From positions 192,001 to 256,000 of the IMG/VR virus record IMGVR_UViG_3300010224_000001: 64,000 bases of DNA, one strand, 5' to 3'. Position 1 is the stretch's first letter; the number at the start of each line of letters is the position of its first letter. The translations under genes and the position numbers were made by a program. The notes beneath the pieces were generated by a model. It worked only from the letters and a program-made list of their open reading frames with translations. It made no database searches and was not told where the DNA came from. Below are positions 9,607 through 19,699 of this stretch, piece by piece. Source of the stretch: a virus.

Positions 9607-10434
9607 TTAAGCTTGTTTTGCAACCTTGATGTTGTGCTCCATGATCTTTTCAATCATAGCCGAACTTACTTTGACACGACGTTCATTGTCTTGCGACATC
9701 GACGGCATCGGAATAGGACGCATGTCTTCGAAGTAGAAATCAAAAGCAGTTTCGAGAACATCTTCAGCCATTTCCATCGCATCCTTGTCGTTCTCACCTT
9801 GAGTGATAGCTTCAGGGATATCGCGGAACGTCACAACGTAGCCTGTTGTGGCTGGAGCGAATTTAGCCGGATAGGTAAACTCAGCTTTCTTTTCTTCAGC
9901 GTTGACTTCTTGTTCCGGTTCTTCGAACTCGATAGTCGAGCGCGACGATTTACCAATCGCTACCACACCTTCACCACGTGGGAAGTCTTTGGCTTTACGA
10001 TCATAGATGTAATCCGCCAGATTCTCGAATTCACCACGCAGAACTTGATCAGGATGCAGATAGATGATTTCGATACCTTCATCCTTAGCGTAGTTGATTT
10101 CTTGTTCCACACCTTCCGACGAATCCCAACCATCAATCGTCAGAACAACCACGAAGTCAGCTTTCTTCAGCAAGGTAATCGAATAGCTACCCCAGAAGTT
10201 CCAATCGCCCGGCAACTTGTCAGTATAGCAACGCACCAAATGCATCAGCAGCGGCGAATACGGTTTGATGCCGACCTTGACCATTTGTTCCAGACACAGG
10301 CTGAAAGTTTGCATACGCTGCGAGATGACAGGTACGTCTTCCTTACCTTGTGTGTTCTTAGCGGAATAAGGACCGCACACATACACCGCGTTTTGGCTGT
10401 TTTCACCGATGAGTCGTTTGATGAGTTCGTTCAT
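9607..10434 (-). CDS. DUF1937/nucleoside-deoxyribosyltransferase-like domain fused to HicB-like antitoxin domain
   Basis: N-term VYVCGPYS..YSPL..GWDSSEGVEQEI; C-term YPAKF..GYVVTFRDIPEAITQGE..AMEMAEDVL..RPIPMPS. Confidence 0.7.
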   Translation of the reverse strand: MNELIKRLIGENSQNAVYVCGPYSAKNTQGKEDVPVISQRMQTFSLCLEQMVKVGIKPYSPLLMHLVRCYTDKLPGDWNFWGSYSITLLKKADFVVVLTIDGWDSSEGVEQEINYAKDEGIEIIYLHPDQVLRGEFENLADYIYDRKAKDFPRGEGVVAIGKSSRSTIEFEEPEQEVNAEEKKAEFTYPAKFAPATTGYVVTFRDIPEAITQGENDKDAMEMAEDVLETAFDFYFEDMRPIPMPSMSQDNERRVKVSSAMIEKIMEHNIKVAKQA

Positions 10435-10490
10435 TGGAAATTCCTTTTAATTAGTTGTTGTGAAGCATAGGGTAAAGCAGCTAGGTATTT

Positions 10491-10703
10491 TTAGTTGTTG
10501 GTATCGATACGGTCGCGCACCATGTCTTTGGCAGTCTCGTCAGTGGCGTTATACAGCTTATCGCAGAACTCGCGATCTTGCGTGCATTTATCCAGTTGCA
10601 TGAAGTCATAAAACGATTGACCCCAACGCAGACCTGAATTAGGATCAAAACGAAACTGATTTACACGAGAAGCTGGGAAGGTCAAAACAGAAACAGTCAC
10701 CAT
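10491..10703 (-). CDS. hypothetical protein
   Basis: 70 aa, LRWGQSF motif. Confidence 0.55.
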   Translation of the reverse strand: MVTVSVLTFPASRVNQFRFDPNSGLRWGQSFYDFMQLDKCTQDREFCDKLYNATDETAKDMVRDRIDTNN

Positions 10704-10705
10704 GG

Positions 10706-11014
10706 TTAATCCTTTTGAGTCGATTTAGTTCTTTTTGGTTTACGAAGATTCTCTTTAGCTTCCGGAATCTGTGCTTCGATTTCTGCTAATGTTTCAGCTG
10801 GTAGTTTCTCTTTAAGAAATTCAATACCGACTTGGAGAAGCTGCAAGAGAACACGAGTGCGGTCCGTTGCAATCACGGTGGCAGTGGCGTCAATGAATGC
10901 AAAGTCATCCATTGGTCCACGAATGCTAATGTGCGCTTTCTCTTTATCACCTGCTTTTGACAGGCGGCTATTTGCGACGACTTCAGCGACGAGAGCGTCA
11001 AGTTGGGTTGTCAT
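10706..11014 (-). CDS. hypothetical protein
   Basis: 102 aa ORF with RBS. Confidence 0.6.
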   Translation of the reverse strand: MTTQLDALVAEVVANSRLSKAGDKEKAHISIRGPMDDFAFIDATATVIATDRTRVLLQLLQVGIEFLKEKLPAETLAEIEAQIPEAKENLRKPKRTKSTQKD

Positions 11015-11113
11015 TGTTATTCCCTTTTAATTAATTATTAAATAAAACTACCTTCCTATTCTGTGAGTGTTTAGTGACACAACACTTTTTCTAACCAAAC
11101 CGATAGGAAAATT

Positions 11114-12022
11114 ATGGAAAACGATACTCAAGAAACTACTACTGTCATCACTGCAACGCAGCAACAACCTTCTTATGACGATACTCCAGTTGAAACTGAT
11201 CCGCCTGCAGTAGTGGAATCAGCGGTTGAAGTAGCGTCTGCGGTGGTGGAACAAGCACCTGCGGAACAACCTTCGACCCCGGTTGTGCAAGTGTCCGCAG
11301 AACAAGCTCCGGCTGCAGAAGCTCCGGTCGAACAACCGCCAGTGGCACAAGCTGTGGAACAACCTCCGGTAGAAGAAGCACCAGCAGTACAAACTCCGGT
11401 TACGGACACCACGGTAGGGCAATCTCAACCAGAAACCACTCAGCAACCGGCTGTTGAAGTTCCTGTACAAGATGCTCCTGTTCCTGCACCCGTACCGGTA
11501 GAGGAAACCGCTCCCGTTGTTCAAGCTCCTGCTCCTGTGCAAGCTCCAGTGGAAGCACCTGAAGCTACTCCAGTTGTGGCAACGACCTCGAGTGAGTTAT
11601 CCGCACAATCGCAGCATGCCATTAACGGGTTGCACGAATATGTGGAAAAGATGAAGCATATCTACCCGAGCTATCTGACGCTGGGCGGCCAATACCAGCA
11701 GGCTCTCTACAGCCACCTGGTGAAGATCCTCCACACCGGTGAAGAAGAGTTTGAAACTGTTCTGTCGCACGCTTTACAGATCATCAAAGACAATCTGGGT
11801 GGCGTGTTCCATGAACGCTTCATGGCTCGTTACGCTAACCAAACTAAACTGGCTGCGGATGAAGCTAGTCATCTGCATCATCTGTTAACTGGTCTGGTCG
11901 CTTTGGCTGACCCGGTAACTCGTGAAGCTCAGAAAGTTGTGGTTAATGTCGAGAAGATGCTGCCGTTGCACAAAATCGCAGAAGAAGCACGTGATCGCGT
12001 GAAGTCGTTCTTTAACTTCTAA
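11114..12022 (+). CDS. hypothetical protein with long P/A/E/V/Q-rich disordered N-terminus and helical C-terminal domain
   Basis: 302 aa, RBS AGGA, convergent terminator at 12029-12070. Confidence 0.8.
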   Translation: MENDTQETTTVITATQQQPSYDDTPVETDPPAVVESAVEVASAVVEQAPAEQPSTPVVQVSAEQAPAAEAPVEQPPVAQAVEQPPVEEAPAVQTPVTDTTVGQSQPETTQQPAVEVPVQDAPVPAPVPVEETAPVVQAPAPVQAPVEAPEATPVVATTSSELSAQSQHAINGLHEYVEKMKHIYPSYLTLGGQYQQALYSHLVKILHTGEEEFETVLSHALQIIKDNLGGVFHERFMARYANQTKLAADEASHLHHLLTGLVALADPVTREAQKVVVNVEKMLPLHKIAEEARDRVKSFFNF

Positions 12023-12063
12023 TCACTTCCACCCTACCGACCCATTGAGGTTGGTGGGGTGGT

Positions 12064-12570
12064 TTATGACGCTTTATGTTTAAGCTGCCGTTCCTGAAGC
12101 CATGCTTCTTGACCGATTTCATATACCCGATCTAAATCACTTTGAAGACTACCATCGTTAATGCTGTCGATGTATTGACCTAGACCTTTATGTACGATAG
12201 AGGGGTAATTATCAAATGCAATATAAAAACCAGTCTTTGCTGTGAGAGCATCTTTCTCTACGATGTGTTTGTGAGGATGTTCAAATGAATCATAACACTC
12301 GTAGAGACGCTCACAGATACGACCATAACCATGATCCTCGAAAGGACTTTCATCGTAATGGTAATACAGAAGCGACGCTAGGAGATAATGATGTAACAAC
12401 TGACCTGGTTTCATTCGATCAACCAGACGAGTGTCTAATGTACGAAGGATAGTGTAGTGTCTATTTTTACGAGACTTACCGATTGTGAAGGTAACACTCG
12501 TAAAAGTTTCGTTCTTACTTACCACTTTGCGCCGTACAGAACTCTTTGAAGTAGTAGTTTCTTGCGACAT
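12064..12570 (-). CDS. protein with NAD-dependent DNA ligase subdomain Ia-like motif
   Basis: YLLASLLYYHYDESPFEDHGYGRICERL resembles LigA YY..D.P..SD..YD.L; start shortened to MSQETT. Confidence 0.5.
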   Translation of the reverse strand: MSQETTTSKSSVRRKVVSKNETFTSVTFTIGKSRKNRHYTILRTLDTRLVDRMKPGQLLHHYLLASLLYYHYDESPFEDHGYGRICERLYECYDSFEHPHKHIVEKDALTAKTGFYIAFDNYPSIVHKGLGQYIDSINDGSLQSDLDRVYEIGQEAWLQERQLKHKAS

Positions 12571-12571
12571 G

Positions 12572-13015
12572 TTAATGATTCGTTTTACAGAAGGTTTTCT
12601 CGACAATCGCTACTAATTTATCCAAATCTTCGCGATTCCACTGAATGGCTTCACCTTCTTGAACCTGTTTTCCACAGAAGCCGCTTACAGTAAGGCCAGG
12701 GACTCTTGAGAACGACAAGGCGTCAATCTTACCTTGCCAGAATGAATCGATCGTACTGCGGACAAAATCAAGCGATGCTCGCTCTGCGCGTGGTAGTTTT
12801 TCAACCAATTGGATGCTAGCCAATTCACCACTCTCCAGGTATGTAAACAGGATGCCTACGCCACCATTCCCAGGCTTACGCTGTTCCTTACCGTCAAAGG
12901 TGTCCGTAATGTTTTCGATAACCACGAGATTATCAGGGTATTTAGATTCAATCCTGGTAATCAGAATAGGTCCGCCGACGTCTTCGAAGGGATGAAATTT
13001 GTTTTCTTGGTTCAT
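12572..13015 (-). CDS. hypothetical protein
   Basis: 147 aa, AGGAG RBS. Confidence 0.65.
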   Translation of the reverse strand: MNQENKFHPFEDVGGPILITRIESKYPDNLVVIENITDTFDGKEQRKPGNGGVGILFTYLESGELASIQLVEKLPRAERASLDFVRSTIDSFWQGKIDALSFSRVPGLTVSGFCGKQVQEGEAIQWNREDLDKLVAIVEKTFCKTNH

Positions 13016-13063
13016 GATAAATCTCCTTTCAAGAGAATATGAGAGTAAGGTATTTTCGTTCTT

Positions 13064-13105
13064 ACGTCATAAAGCCAGGGTGTTACCCCTGGCCCTTATG
13101 CCGTC
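13064..13105. terminator. hairpin with TTATG(A/C)CGT tails on both strands
   Basis: ACGTCATAAA-GCCAGGG-TGTTAC-CCCTGGC-CCTTATGCCGT. Confidence 0.7.
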
Positions 13106-13108
13106 TTA

Positions 13109-14983
13109 TTACGCGTGATACGGAATGTAATCAAAACCGTTGTTCATCACACCGATCAGATTAGCTACGTTTTCTGCACTGTCTGCAAATGACAGAACCA
13201 GGTCAGAAACATTGCTCTGACCATTGTTCATTGCATTGAGCCAGAAGTCATGGCCAGCTTGATCAGGAGCACGATGGAGTACGTTCTGATATACCGAGTC
13301 AACCAAGACTTCATTGGAAGGATTCGCACCATACAGCTTGATAGCTTCCGCAGAGGTCATGAATTGTTTAGCGATGTCGTTAATCGACACACCAGTGTCT
13401 TTAGCGTTGATCCAGAAACCCAAACCGCTCTGATCTGGAGTACGACCAAATGCTGCCTGATACAAACGATAGACCTGGCCAGCATCACCGCTAATATCCA
13501 GAGCAACATTCTTGTCAGTGAACACCAGGCGTTCCAGATTGGTTACTGTATCTACACCATCCGCACCCGAGTTATCAGCCACGGTAAATACCGCACCGTT
13601 ATGATTGATCACGTAGTTAGCACGAACACCATGCAGTTGCAGAATATCCAAACCAGCACCGCCATCAAACGATTCAGTCGCAGAGGTCGAGACAAACTTA
13701 TCCGCACCAGAAGTACTACCGGACAGCAGAGCAGCTTTAGCTGGTGAATCCGTTACCATACTACCGCTAATGATTTTGTTGATAATCTCCGTAGAAGTCG
13801 CATTCGGATTTTGTTGATACAGCAGCGCTGCGAGTCCCGCCACATATGGACCAGCAAACGACGTACCGCCATCCGAATGGTAAGTATAGCTGCCGGTGGT
13901 ATTCGGCTCATAACCGCTCGAAGAACTTACCACCCATGGGAAAGGATTAGCACCAGGGCTATTCGAGGATTGGAACAGAGTACCGCCCAGAGCATCATAA
14001 TTACCCACTGCAATTGCTTCACCAGATTTAGCAATCAACGCCAGACCAGTTGCGCCATAGGTGCTAAAGTTACCACCGATGATTACCGTAGTGACATTGT
14101 GGGTATAAGCATAATGCACCGCGTCTGCAACCTGTTGGTCAATCACAGCTGTGTTGTTCTGCAACGGCATGCAGATAACTTTCGCTCCGTTGTCAACCGC
14201 CCAATGAATACCTTGAGCAATCTTGTCACTCGAGGAACCCTGGGAAGAACCAACGCGCACATTCAGCAACTGCGCATCAGGAGCCACACCCATGGTATCT
14301 TGACCTGCATGAACGAGATGGCTACCTGCAATGATCGATGCTACACCCAGAGCATGGTCGCTATAGGCGCCGTTATCAGGAGAAGGATCGCTGTCGTTTT
14401 GATAGAAGTCATAACCGCCTACAATGTTACTGTTGACTTCAGCATTACTTGCGATACCGACATCAATCACAGCCACCTTCACACCTTTGCCAGTAATACC
14501 AGCATCCCAGGCAGAAGAAGCGCTGATGAGGTTAAGAGCCAAGTTGTTATTCTGCCCAGCCATCGACAGTTCATAACTATGGTCGGTAACACCGAGAGAT
14601 TTAGCTACGTTAATGAGACCATAACCTTCAGCAGAAGACCATAGACCCTGAGAAGTCGATACTACTTTCTCAGAGAAGTCAACGAAGCCGATATCGGTAG
14701 CGCTCTTAACATCGATTTGACCAGGAGTCGTCGGATAGAACTTGTAACCGATCGAACCATCGTCCGATTTGATTTCCCAAGCGTGGGAGGAATAGGTAGT
14801 TTGCGTCTGACTTTGACCAGGATTCAGAGTAGCGTACTTCTGTTCAACACCACTACGATCGATCCAGTACAGATTAAGAACTGTATTGGTATCGTTGGTC
14901 AGAATGAATTGGGTAGGACTGCCGGTGTCAGTCGAAATGATAGTAGACGACAGTGATTGGAAGTTGATGACGTTCGAGAGCAT
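13109..14983 (-). CDS. S8 subtilisin-like serine protease with N-terminal VHL-beta-like domain and C-terminal DUF4214
   Basis: Triad VAVIDVG / DHALGVAS / GTSFAGP; LYWIDRSG..TYSSHAW; DGGAGLD RTX-like repeat; RLYQAAFGRTPD..GLGFW. Confidence 0.85.
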   Translation of the reverse strand: MLSNVINFQSLSSTIISTDTGSPTQFILTNDTNTVLNLYWIDRSGVEQKYATLNPGQSQTQTTYSSHAWEIKSDDGSIGYKFYPTTPGQIDVKSATDIGFVDFSEKVVSTSQGLWSSAEGYGLINVAKSLGVTDHSYELSMAGQNNNLALNLISASSAWDAGITGKGVKVAVIDVGIASNAEVNSNIVGGYDFYQNDSDPSPDNGAYSDHALGVASIIAGSHLVHAGQDTMGVAPDAQLLNVRVGSSQGSSSDKIAQGIHWAVDNGAKVICMPLQNNTAVIDQQVADAVHYAYTHNVTTVIIGGNFSTYGATGLALIAKSGEAIAVGNYDALGGTLFQSSNSPGANPFPWVVSSSSGYEPNTTGSYTYHSDGGTSFAGPYVAGLAALLYQQNPNATSTEIINKIISGSMVTDSPAKAALLSGSTSGADKFVSTSATESFDGGAGLDILQLHGVRANYVINHNGAVFTVADNSGADGVDTVTNLERLVFTDKNVALDISGDAGQVYRLYQAAFGRTPDQSGLGFWINAKDTGVSINDIAKQFMTSAEAIKLYGANPSNEVLVDSVYQNVLHRAPDQAGHDFWLNAMNNGQSNVSDLVLSFADSAENVANLIGVMNNGFDYIPYHA

Positions 14984-15161
14984 GATAGTTTCCTTTTTAG
15001 TGGTTATTCAGAATAATTGATCAAAACGTTGAAATACTTCTAATTCTTACTCACACAAGGAATATCTATCTATATTGCTCTAGAACAACATCGTTTTAAA
15101 CAAAAAATAAAGAGACGTCATAACAGCCAGAGCACGAGGCTCTGGCCATTACTTGTTTCGA

Positions 15162-15797
15162 TCAGAAAGTAAACAAAGTGACTAAGCTAATCACGAGTCC
15201 TACACATAACACCCAAACCGAGAACCAAATATACATTTCTCGTTGACTGGTATCCATCGTGAACTTCTTCATCACCGAACGACGGAACATACCGAAGAAC
15301 ACCGGCACTTCTTCATACTCTACTTCTTCATAGGCTTTCCGGGTAAACAGATAAAGCGCCAGAGTAAGCGTAATGGTTAAGAACAAGAGACCAAACCCGA
15401 TGTGAACCAGCGGACCGCCTACCACTTTATACACAACCACCAGCATGGTGATTCGACCAAGCGGCGTTTGAACAAAGTCATTAGCGGCAATACCCAGTTC
15501 TTTAGCTGCACCAGCGGCAGCCTTACCCATGTTACTACCCAGCTCGACCCACTTGGTTGCTTCGGTGCGAACTGATTCCGAAATGTTGGACGGATTGTTT
15601 GCTTCTTTTTGCAGATCAGCCACTTGACCCAGTAATTTGGTCTTCTGCTCAGGACTGAGTTTGCTGACATCAATCGAGTTGATGGTTTGTGGATTGGTCT
15701 GAGCATGCGCTGGCTGGACGATTGCCATGGCAATCAGTGCTGCAACGATCGGAAGAACCAGGGAAAGGATAAAGTCTCTTACAAGTTTGCTTTTCAT
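15162..15797 (-). CDS. membrane protein with signal peptide
   Basis: AHA-Q signal cleavage-like site, three TM segments. Confidence 0.7.
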   Translation of the reverse strand: MKSKLVRDFILSLVLPIVAALIAMAIVQPAHAQTNPQTINSIDVSKLSPEQKTKLLGQVADLQKEANNPSNISESVRTEATKWVELGSNMGKAAAGAAKELGIAANDFVQTPLGRITMLVVVYKVVGGPLVHIGFGLLFLTITLTLALYLFTRKAYEEVEYEEVPVFFGMFRRSVMKKFTMDTSQREMYIWFSVWVLCVGLVISLVTLFTF

Positions 15798-15818
15798 GTT
15801 GTTTAAAGTTGGGGTTAA

Positions 15819-16205
15819 TTAATAAGCGACGAATTCAGGAGGAATATTGCCGTTGCGGTCATACACAAACCAAGTATCACCTACACCGCGACGCATCATC
15901 ATTTCTCGAGCTTGATCTGCATTCATCGCATATTGCGTCGGACGATTACTGATTTCGATACGATACTGCCAGCCTTCTGGAGGCACACCTTTCTGCGCGT
16001 GCTCACGTGCAATGCGACGAGCGTCTGCTTTGACGTGTTCTTCGTACCAGTCCAGGTATTCCTGCTGAGTAACACCAGCTTCTTCCCAGTTGACGGCCCG
16101 AACAACAATGGCTAGACCAAGATACTTGGTCAGATTGCACAGTACTGCAGCCATCTTAGAATTGGTGATACGGTCTTGTGCTGCTTCCGCGTCATAACAA
16201 GGCAT
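15819..16205 (-). CDS. hypothetical protein
   Basis: 128 aa, MPCYD start. Confidence 0.65.
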   Translation of the reverse strand: MPCYDAEAAQDRITNSKMAAVLCNLTKYLGLAIVVRAVNWEEAGVTQQEYLDWYEEHVKADARRIAREHAQKGVPPEGWQYRIEISNRPTQYAMNADQAREMMMRRGVGDTWFVYDRNGNIPPEFVAY

Positions 16206-16364
16206 ATCAGTTCTCCATCATTACTTGTTCATCGGCATCGATAGTCACCATGATACCGATATTAGGGCTAAAAGCGGCTGCATTTCCAGCTACGCGTTCT
16301 AGCACTTTGTCGCCGAAATCAACATGCATGAATTTCTGGCCGAGATTCAGTTCTTCAAACGTCA

Positions 16365-16664
16365 TCACGCTTCTCCTTCAGGTTTGGTAACGATCTGCAG
16401 ACTGTGTTCCGGAAAGCCATGATTCCACTGATACTTGCTCTCGTGGTGTTTCATACCGAGAGCGTACAGCGGTGTCTGATCACAGTCACGGTGATGTGCT
16501 TTCACATACAACCGCTCACCTGACGGTTTGCCATCATCGTCGAGTAACTCCACCAGAGTATCCAGAGGAATGTTGTGCTGTTTTTCAGCGTTGACTTGAC
16601 GGTAGCTGCGACCTTGTGGATCGTCAGGATCTTTAAGATCAGCGATGTTAACAAGTTGGACCAT
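16365..16664 (-). CDS. hypothetical protein
   Basis: 99 aa, HRDCDQTPLY motif. Confidence 0.65.
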   Translation of the reverse strand: MVQLVNIADLKDPDDPQGRSYRQVNAEKQHNIPLDTLVELLDDDGKPSGERLYVKAHHRDCDQTPLYALGMKHHESKYQWNHGFPEHSLQIVTKPEGEA

Positions 16665-16687
16665 GATATATTTTCCTTTCTAGTTGA

Positions 16688-17149
16688 TTATTCTGGAAGT
16701 TCAGTAACGATGTTGCGGATATGAACGTCTTCAGCATCGCCGTCTGGCTGATTGTCAATAATCCGTTTAACCATTACATGGAGTTTGCTTTTGTGACCTC
16801 TTCCTATTAGTAGCATAGGTAGATGTTTATTAGCAGGATGAAAACCATCGACGTAGACAACTTTACCTTCGTAGTTCTTAAGAAGATCAATGGTCTGATT
16901 GCGAAGACGTTTCCATTCTGTTTGCTTGTCTTCACGTTGTTTGGTTTGTTCTTCTTTGTAACGCGTATTGAATTTACGCACATGCCAAAGAATGCGAGGT
17001 AGTGTCAGTCGATCATGTCGCATGGAGGCAAGGACTCCTTTGCCACCAGTGACATCACTAGAGTAAGGTTGACGTTTTGCCATCCTTACTAGTTCGTCGA
17101 AGTACTCGCGAGAGATAACGATTTGATGAGGATCGTTATTTTCTTTCAT
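16688..17149 (-). CDS. hypothetical protein
   Basis: 153 aa ORF with RBS. Confidence 0.65.
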   Translation of the reverse strand: MKENNDPHQIVISREYFDELVRMAKRQPYSSDVTGGKGVLASMRHDRLTLPRILWHVRKFNTRYKEEQTKQREDKQTEWKRLRNQTIDLLKNYEGKVVYVDGFHPANKHLPMLLIGRGHKSKLHVMVKRIIDNQPDGDAEDVHIRNIVTELPE

Positions 17150-17173
17150 TTTACTTATCCTTTCTAACGACCG

Positions 17174-17599
17174 CTAGTCACGTTCCGGATCGCCGTATTG
17201 CTCATAAGCCCTTGTCGGGTTACCCACAGTAGCAGCGCACAGAGTCACTTGCTTAGGTACGCGGTTAAACACGTGAGGAAAACGTTTCTTGGCTTCGTCA
17301 AACATGCCTTCTGGAGAAATACTCAGATCGTTAACGAAGATAATGCTGTTCGAACCGCTCCGAGTATCGACACTATAATCCCAGAACGCAATAGCGCAAA
17401 CACCCCAGCCGTCTAGACGGGAGAAGGCCGCCACGTAAGGTTGGGTATTGTCTTGTGGAGTTAATAGACCATCTAGCTTGCGAAGCTTGTTGTATTCAGC
17501 ACCCCAGAGCTGTTTCATCTTGTCGTCAAATAGATAATGACCAGCACCATGGTCGCAGCCAAAATAGAACCATTTTTGTTCTGATTCAGAAATTCGCAT
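17174..17599 (-). CDS. hypothetical protein
   Basis: 141 aa, YFGC..GHYL and AFWDYSVDTRSGSNS motifs. Confidence 0.65.
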   Translation of the reverse strand: MRISESEQKWFYFGCDHGAGHYLFDDKMKQLWGAEYNKLRKLDGLLTPQDNTQPYVAAFSRLDGWGVCAIAFWDYSVDTRSGSNSIIFVNDLSISPEGMFDEAKKRFPHVFNRVPKQVTLCAATVGNPTRAYEQYGDPERD

Positions 17600-17663
17600 T
17601 TTGTTCTCGTAACGTTATAAAGACGATTGCTACTTTGCGTAGCAATCGTCTAGTTGGAAGAAA

Positions 17664-18560
17664 TTAAACCTTTGGAGGAATCGGCGAAGCTGCTTGACCT
17701 TGGTATTTACCACCACGATCTTTATACGACACATCACAGTCTTCATCCGACTCGAAGAACAGCACCTGAGCGCAGCCTTCATTGGCGTAAATCTTAGCGG
17801 GCAACGGCGTCGTATTCGAGAACTCGAGTGTCACATAACCTTCCCATTCTGGTTCGAACGGCGTTACGTTAACGATGATACCGCAGCGCGCATAAGTCGA
17901 CTTACCCAGACACACAGTCAGAACATTTCGCGGAATGCGGAAGTATTCGACGGTACGGGCCAAAGCAAACGAATTCGGCGGAATGATGCAGACATCGCCT
18001 TTGAAATCGACAAAAGAATTGTTGTCGAAGTTCTTCGGATCAACGATGCAGCTATTAATGTTGGTGAAGATCTTGAATTCATCTGCACAGCGCACATCGT
18101 AGCCATACGACGAAGTACCATACGAGACGATCTTCGCATACAACCACAATTCACCATTTCGCATTTGCGCACCTTGCACATGCTCGCCGAGCTTAGCAGT
18201 CACCTCTTCATGCGTTGCGCCAGATAGTGCCAAACGTTCTTTATCTGTAGCTTTGCGCCAATCCCACCGCACCTGACCAGGTTCGAATGGTTCAATCATT
18301 GGCTTGAAACCATCGTCAACAGGTTCTGTCCGGATAATGGAGAACTTCTCTTTCTCAAAAGCTTCTTTACCCACAACCTGCTCGATCTCTTTATAGAAGA
18401 GTTCCGAACCAAACGGATTGTAGAGCGGTGTCGAAGTTTCTTTCTCTACGTGGCGAGTAGAACGCACATTATCGCGATGGCGAACATATGCTGTCGGTTT
18501 GGCGCTCATGCGCTTGATCCAGCGATCTGCCTTGATACCTGCGGTGGGTTTATCAAACAT
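17664..18560 (-). CDS. dcd: dCTP deaminase with two N-terminal insertions
   Basis: [52 protein letters not shown]. Confidence 0.95.
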   Translation of the reverse strand: MFDKPTAGIKADRWIKRMSAKPTAYVRHRDNVRSTRHVEKETSTPLYNPFGSELFYKEIEQVVGKEAFEKEKFSIIRTEPVDDGFKPMIEPFEPGQVRWDWRKATDKERLALSGATHEEVTAKLGEHVQGAQMRNGELWLYAKIVSYGTSSYGYDVRCADEFKIFTNINSCIVDPKNFDNNSFVDFKGDVCIIPPNSFALARTVEYFRIPRNVLTVCLGKSTYARCGIIVNVTPFEPEWEGYVTLEFSNTTPLPAKIYANEGCAQVLFFESDEDCDVSYKDRGGKYQGQAASPIPPKV

Positions 18561-18596
18561 GGGAGCTTATTTCCTAGTTTTTAGTTGTTGATGAAA

Positions 18597-19160
18597 TTAG
18601 ACGTAAGTCTGCGAAAGGATCTTGGTTACCTGGAACAGTTCTGGTGAATTCTCAATACGCTCTTGCCGTTGCACGTAGATATTAACAGCGATCGTACTTT
18701 GATCAGCGCCCGCCATAGTTGTACCTGCAAAGATCATAAAGACATTTTGCAACTCAATCATGACCGTAGATTCTTCGACCAAATTAAGAATAGGCGTAGG
18801 GCTAAGTGAATCCTTGTACTCAGCACTACCGTTAAGAATGTCACGGATGATATCTACGTTTGCATTACTTACCTTTGTAGCGAATTCGGGGTCTACATAG
18901 AAACCCTTAAACTGTTCCATAGCGAGTTGCTCTACGCGGAACGCCAACTCGTAGTAAAGCTTCTTGAAGTGGGCAAGGAGTTTCTCATGCATAGACTCAT
19001 CTGTCTCTACATGAGTAAAGAAAAAGCGGTCGTGGTGATGTGCTTTGATCGAAGGGAACTGTGGGTTGTTCACAGCTTCCAGTTTCAGATTAGCCAAATC
19101 ATCAACTGTTTCTTTCGAAAGTTCTTTCGACAAAGCATCATAGTCTGCAAATGATTTCAT
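18597..19160 (-). CDS. hypothetical protein
   Basis: 187 aa ORF with RBS. Confidence 0.65.
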   Translation of the reverse strand: MKSFADYDALSKELSKETVDDLANLKLEAVNNPQFPSIKAHHHDRFFFTHVETDESMHEKLLAHFKKLYYELAFRVEQLAMEQFKGFYVDPEFATKVSNANVDIIRDILNGSAEYKDSLSPTPILNLVEESTVMIELQNVFMIFAGTTMAGADQSTIAVNIYVQRQERIENSPELFQVTKILSQTYV

Positions 19161-19174
19161 ATCTGCATCCTTTT

Positions 19175-19639
19175 TTACATTGGAATATTGCCGTGCATCA
19201 GAAACTCGAATACAGCCTTGGATGCGTAGAAAAGAGAATGTTCATTACCATGCGTATAATCACGCGTCGTTTCGAACAATTCTTTACAATGCGGCAGAGG
19301 ACGGCGGAACATAACAGTGTAACGATTCTTAGCGTTAAGATGATCGATGTAAATCATCCGTTCACTCATTTCTTTCTCTATGCGGTCCGAGAATTTCCGT
19401 TCAACTGCCGTAAACTGACTGTAATCGAAGACAGGTTCCATTTTCACTACCATCACCATCACATCTTTGCGGTCGAGCGTGAAGGTAGGAATGTTCTCCG
19501 GAAAGAGTGCTAGGTTATAGTTTTTCTTTTGTGTGACAATGGGACGTATCAAATCACATACTGCGCCGATGAGTTCGACATGATGAGGTGCCGTATCCAT
19601 CAGACGTTTTGCTTCTTGTTGCGCTGCGATGTTATCCAT
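19175..19639 (-). CDS. hypothetical protein
   Basis: 154 aa ORF with RBS. Confidence 0.65.
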   Translation of the reverse strand: MDNIAAQQEAKRLMDTAPHHVELIGAVCDLIRPIVTQKKNYNLALFPENIPTFTLDRKDVMVMVVKMEPVFDYSQFTAVERKFSDRIEKEMSERMIYIDHLNAKNRYTVMFRRPLPHCKELFETTRDYTHGNEHSLFYASKAVFEFLMHGNIPM

Positions 19640-19699
19640 TCTTTATTCTTTCCTTCTATGATTGGAATAGCCTTTGTTAAGCTTGGACAGGCTTTATAT

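Noticed and set aside
11114-11590. Repetitive PAVEQ-like segment as a DNA repeat array
   Set aside because: Degenerate protein-level low complexity, with no regular nucleotide repeat unit
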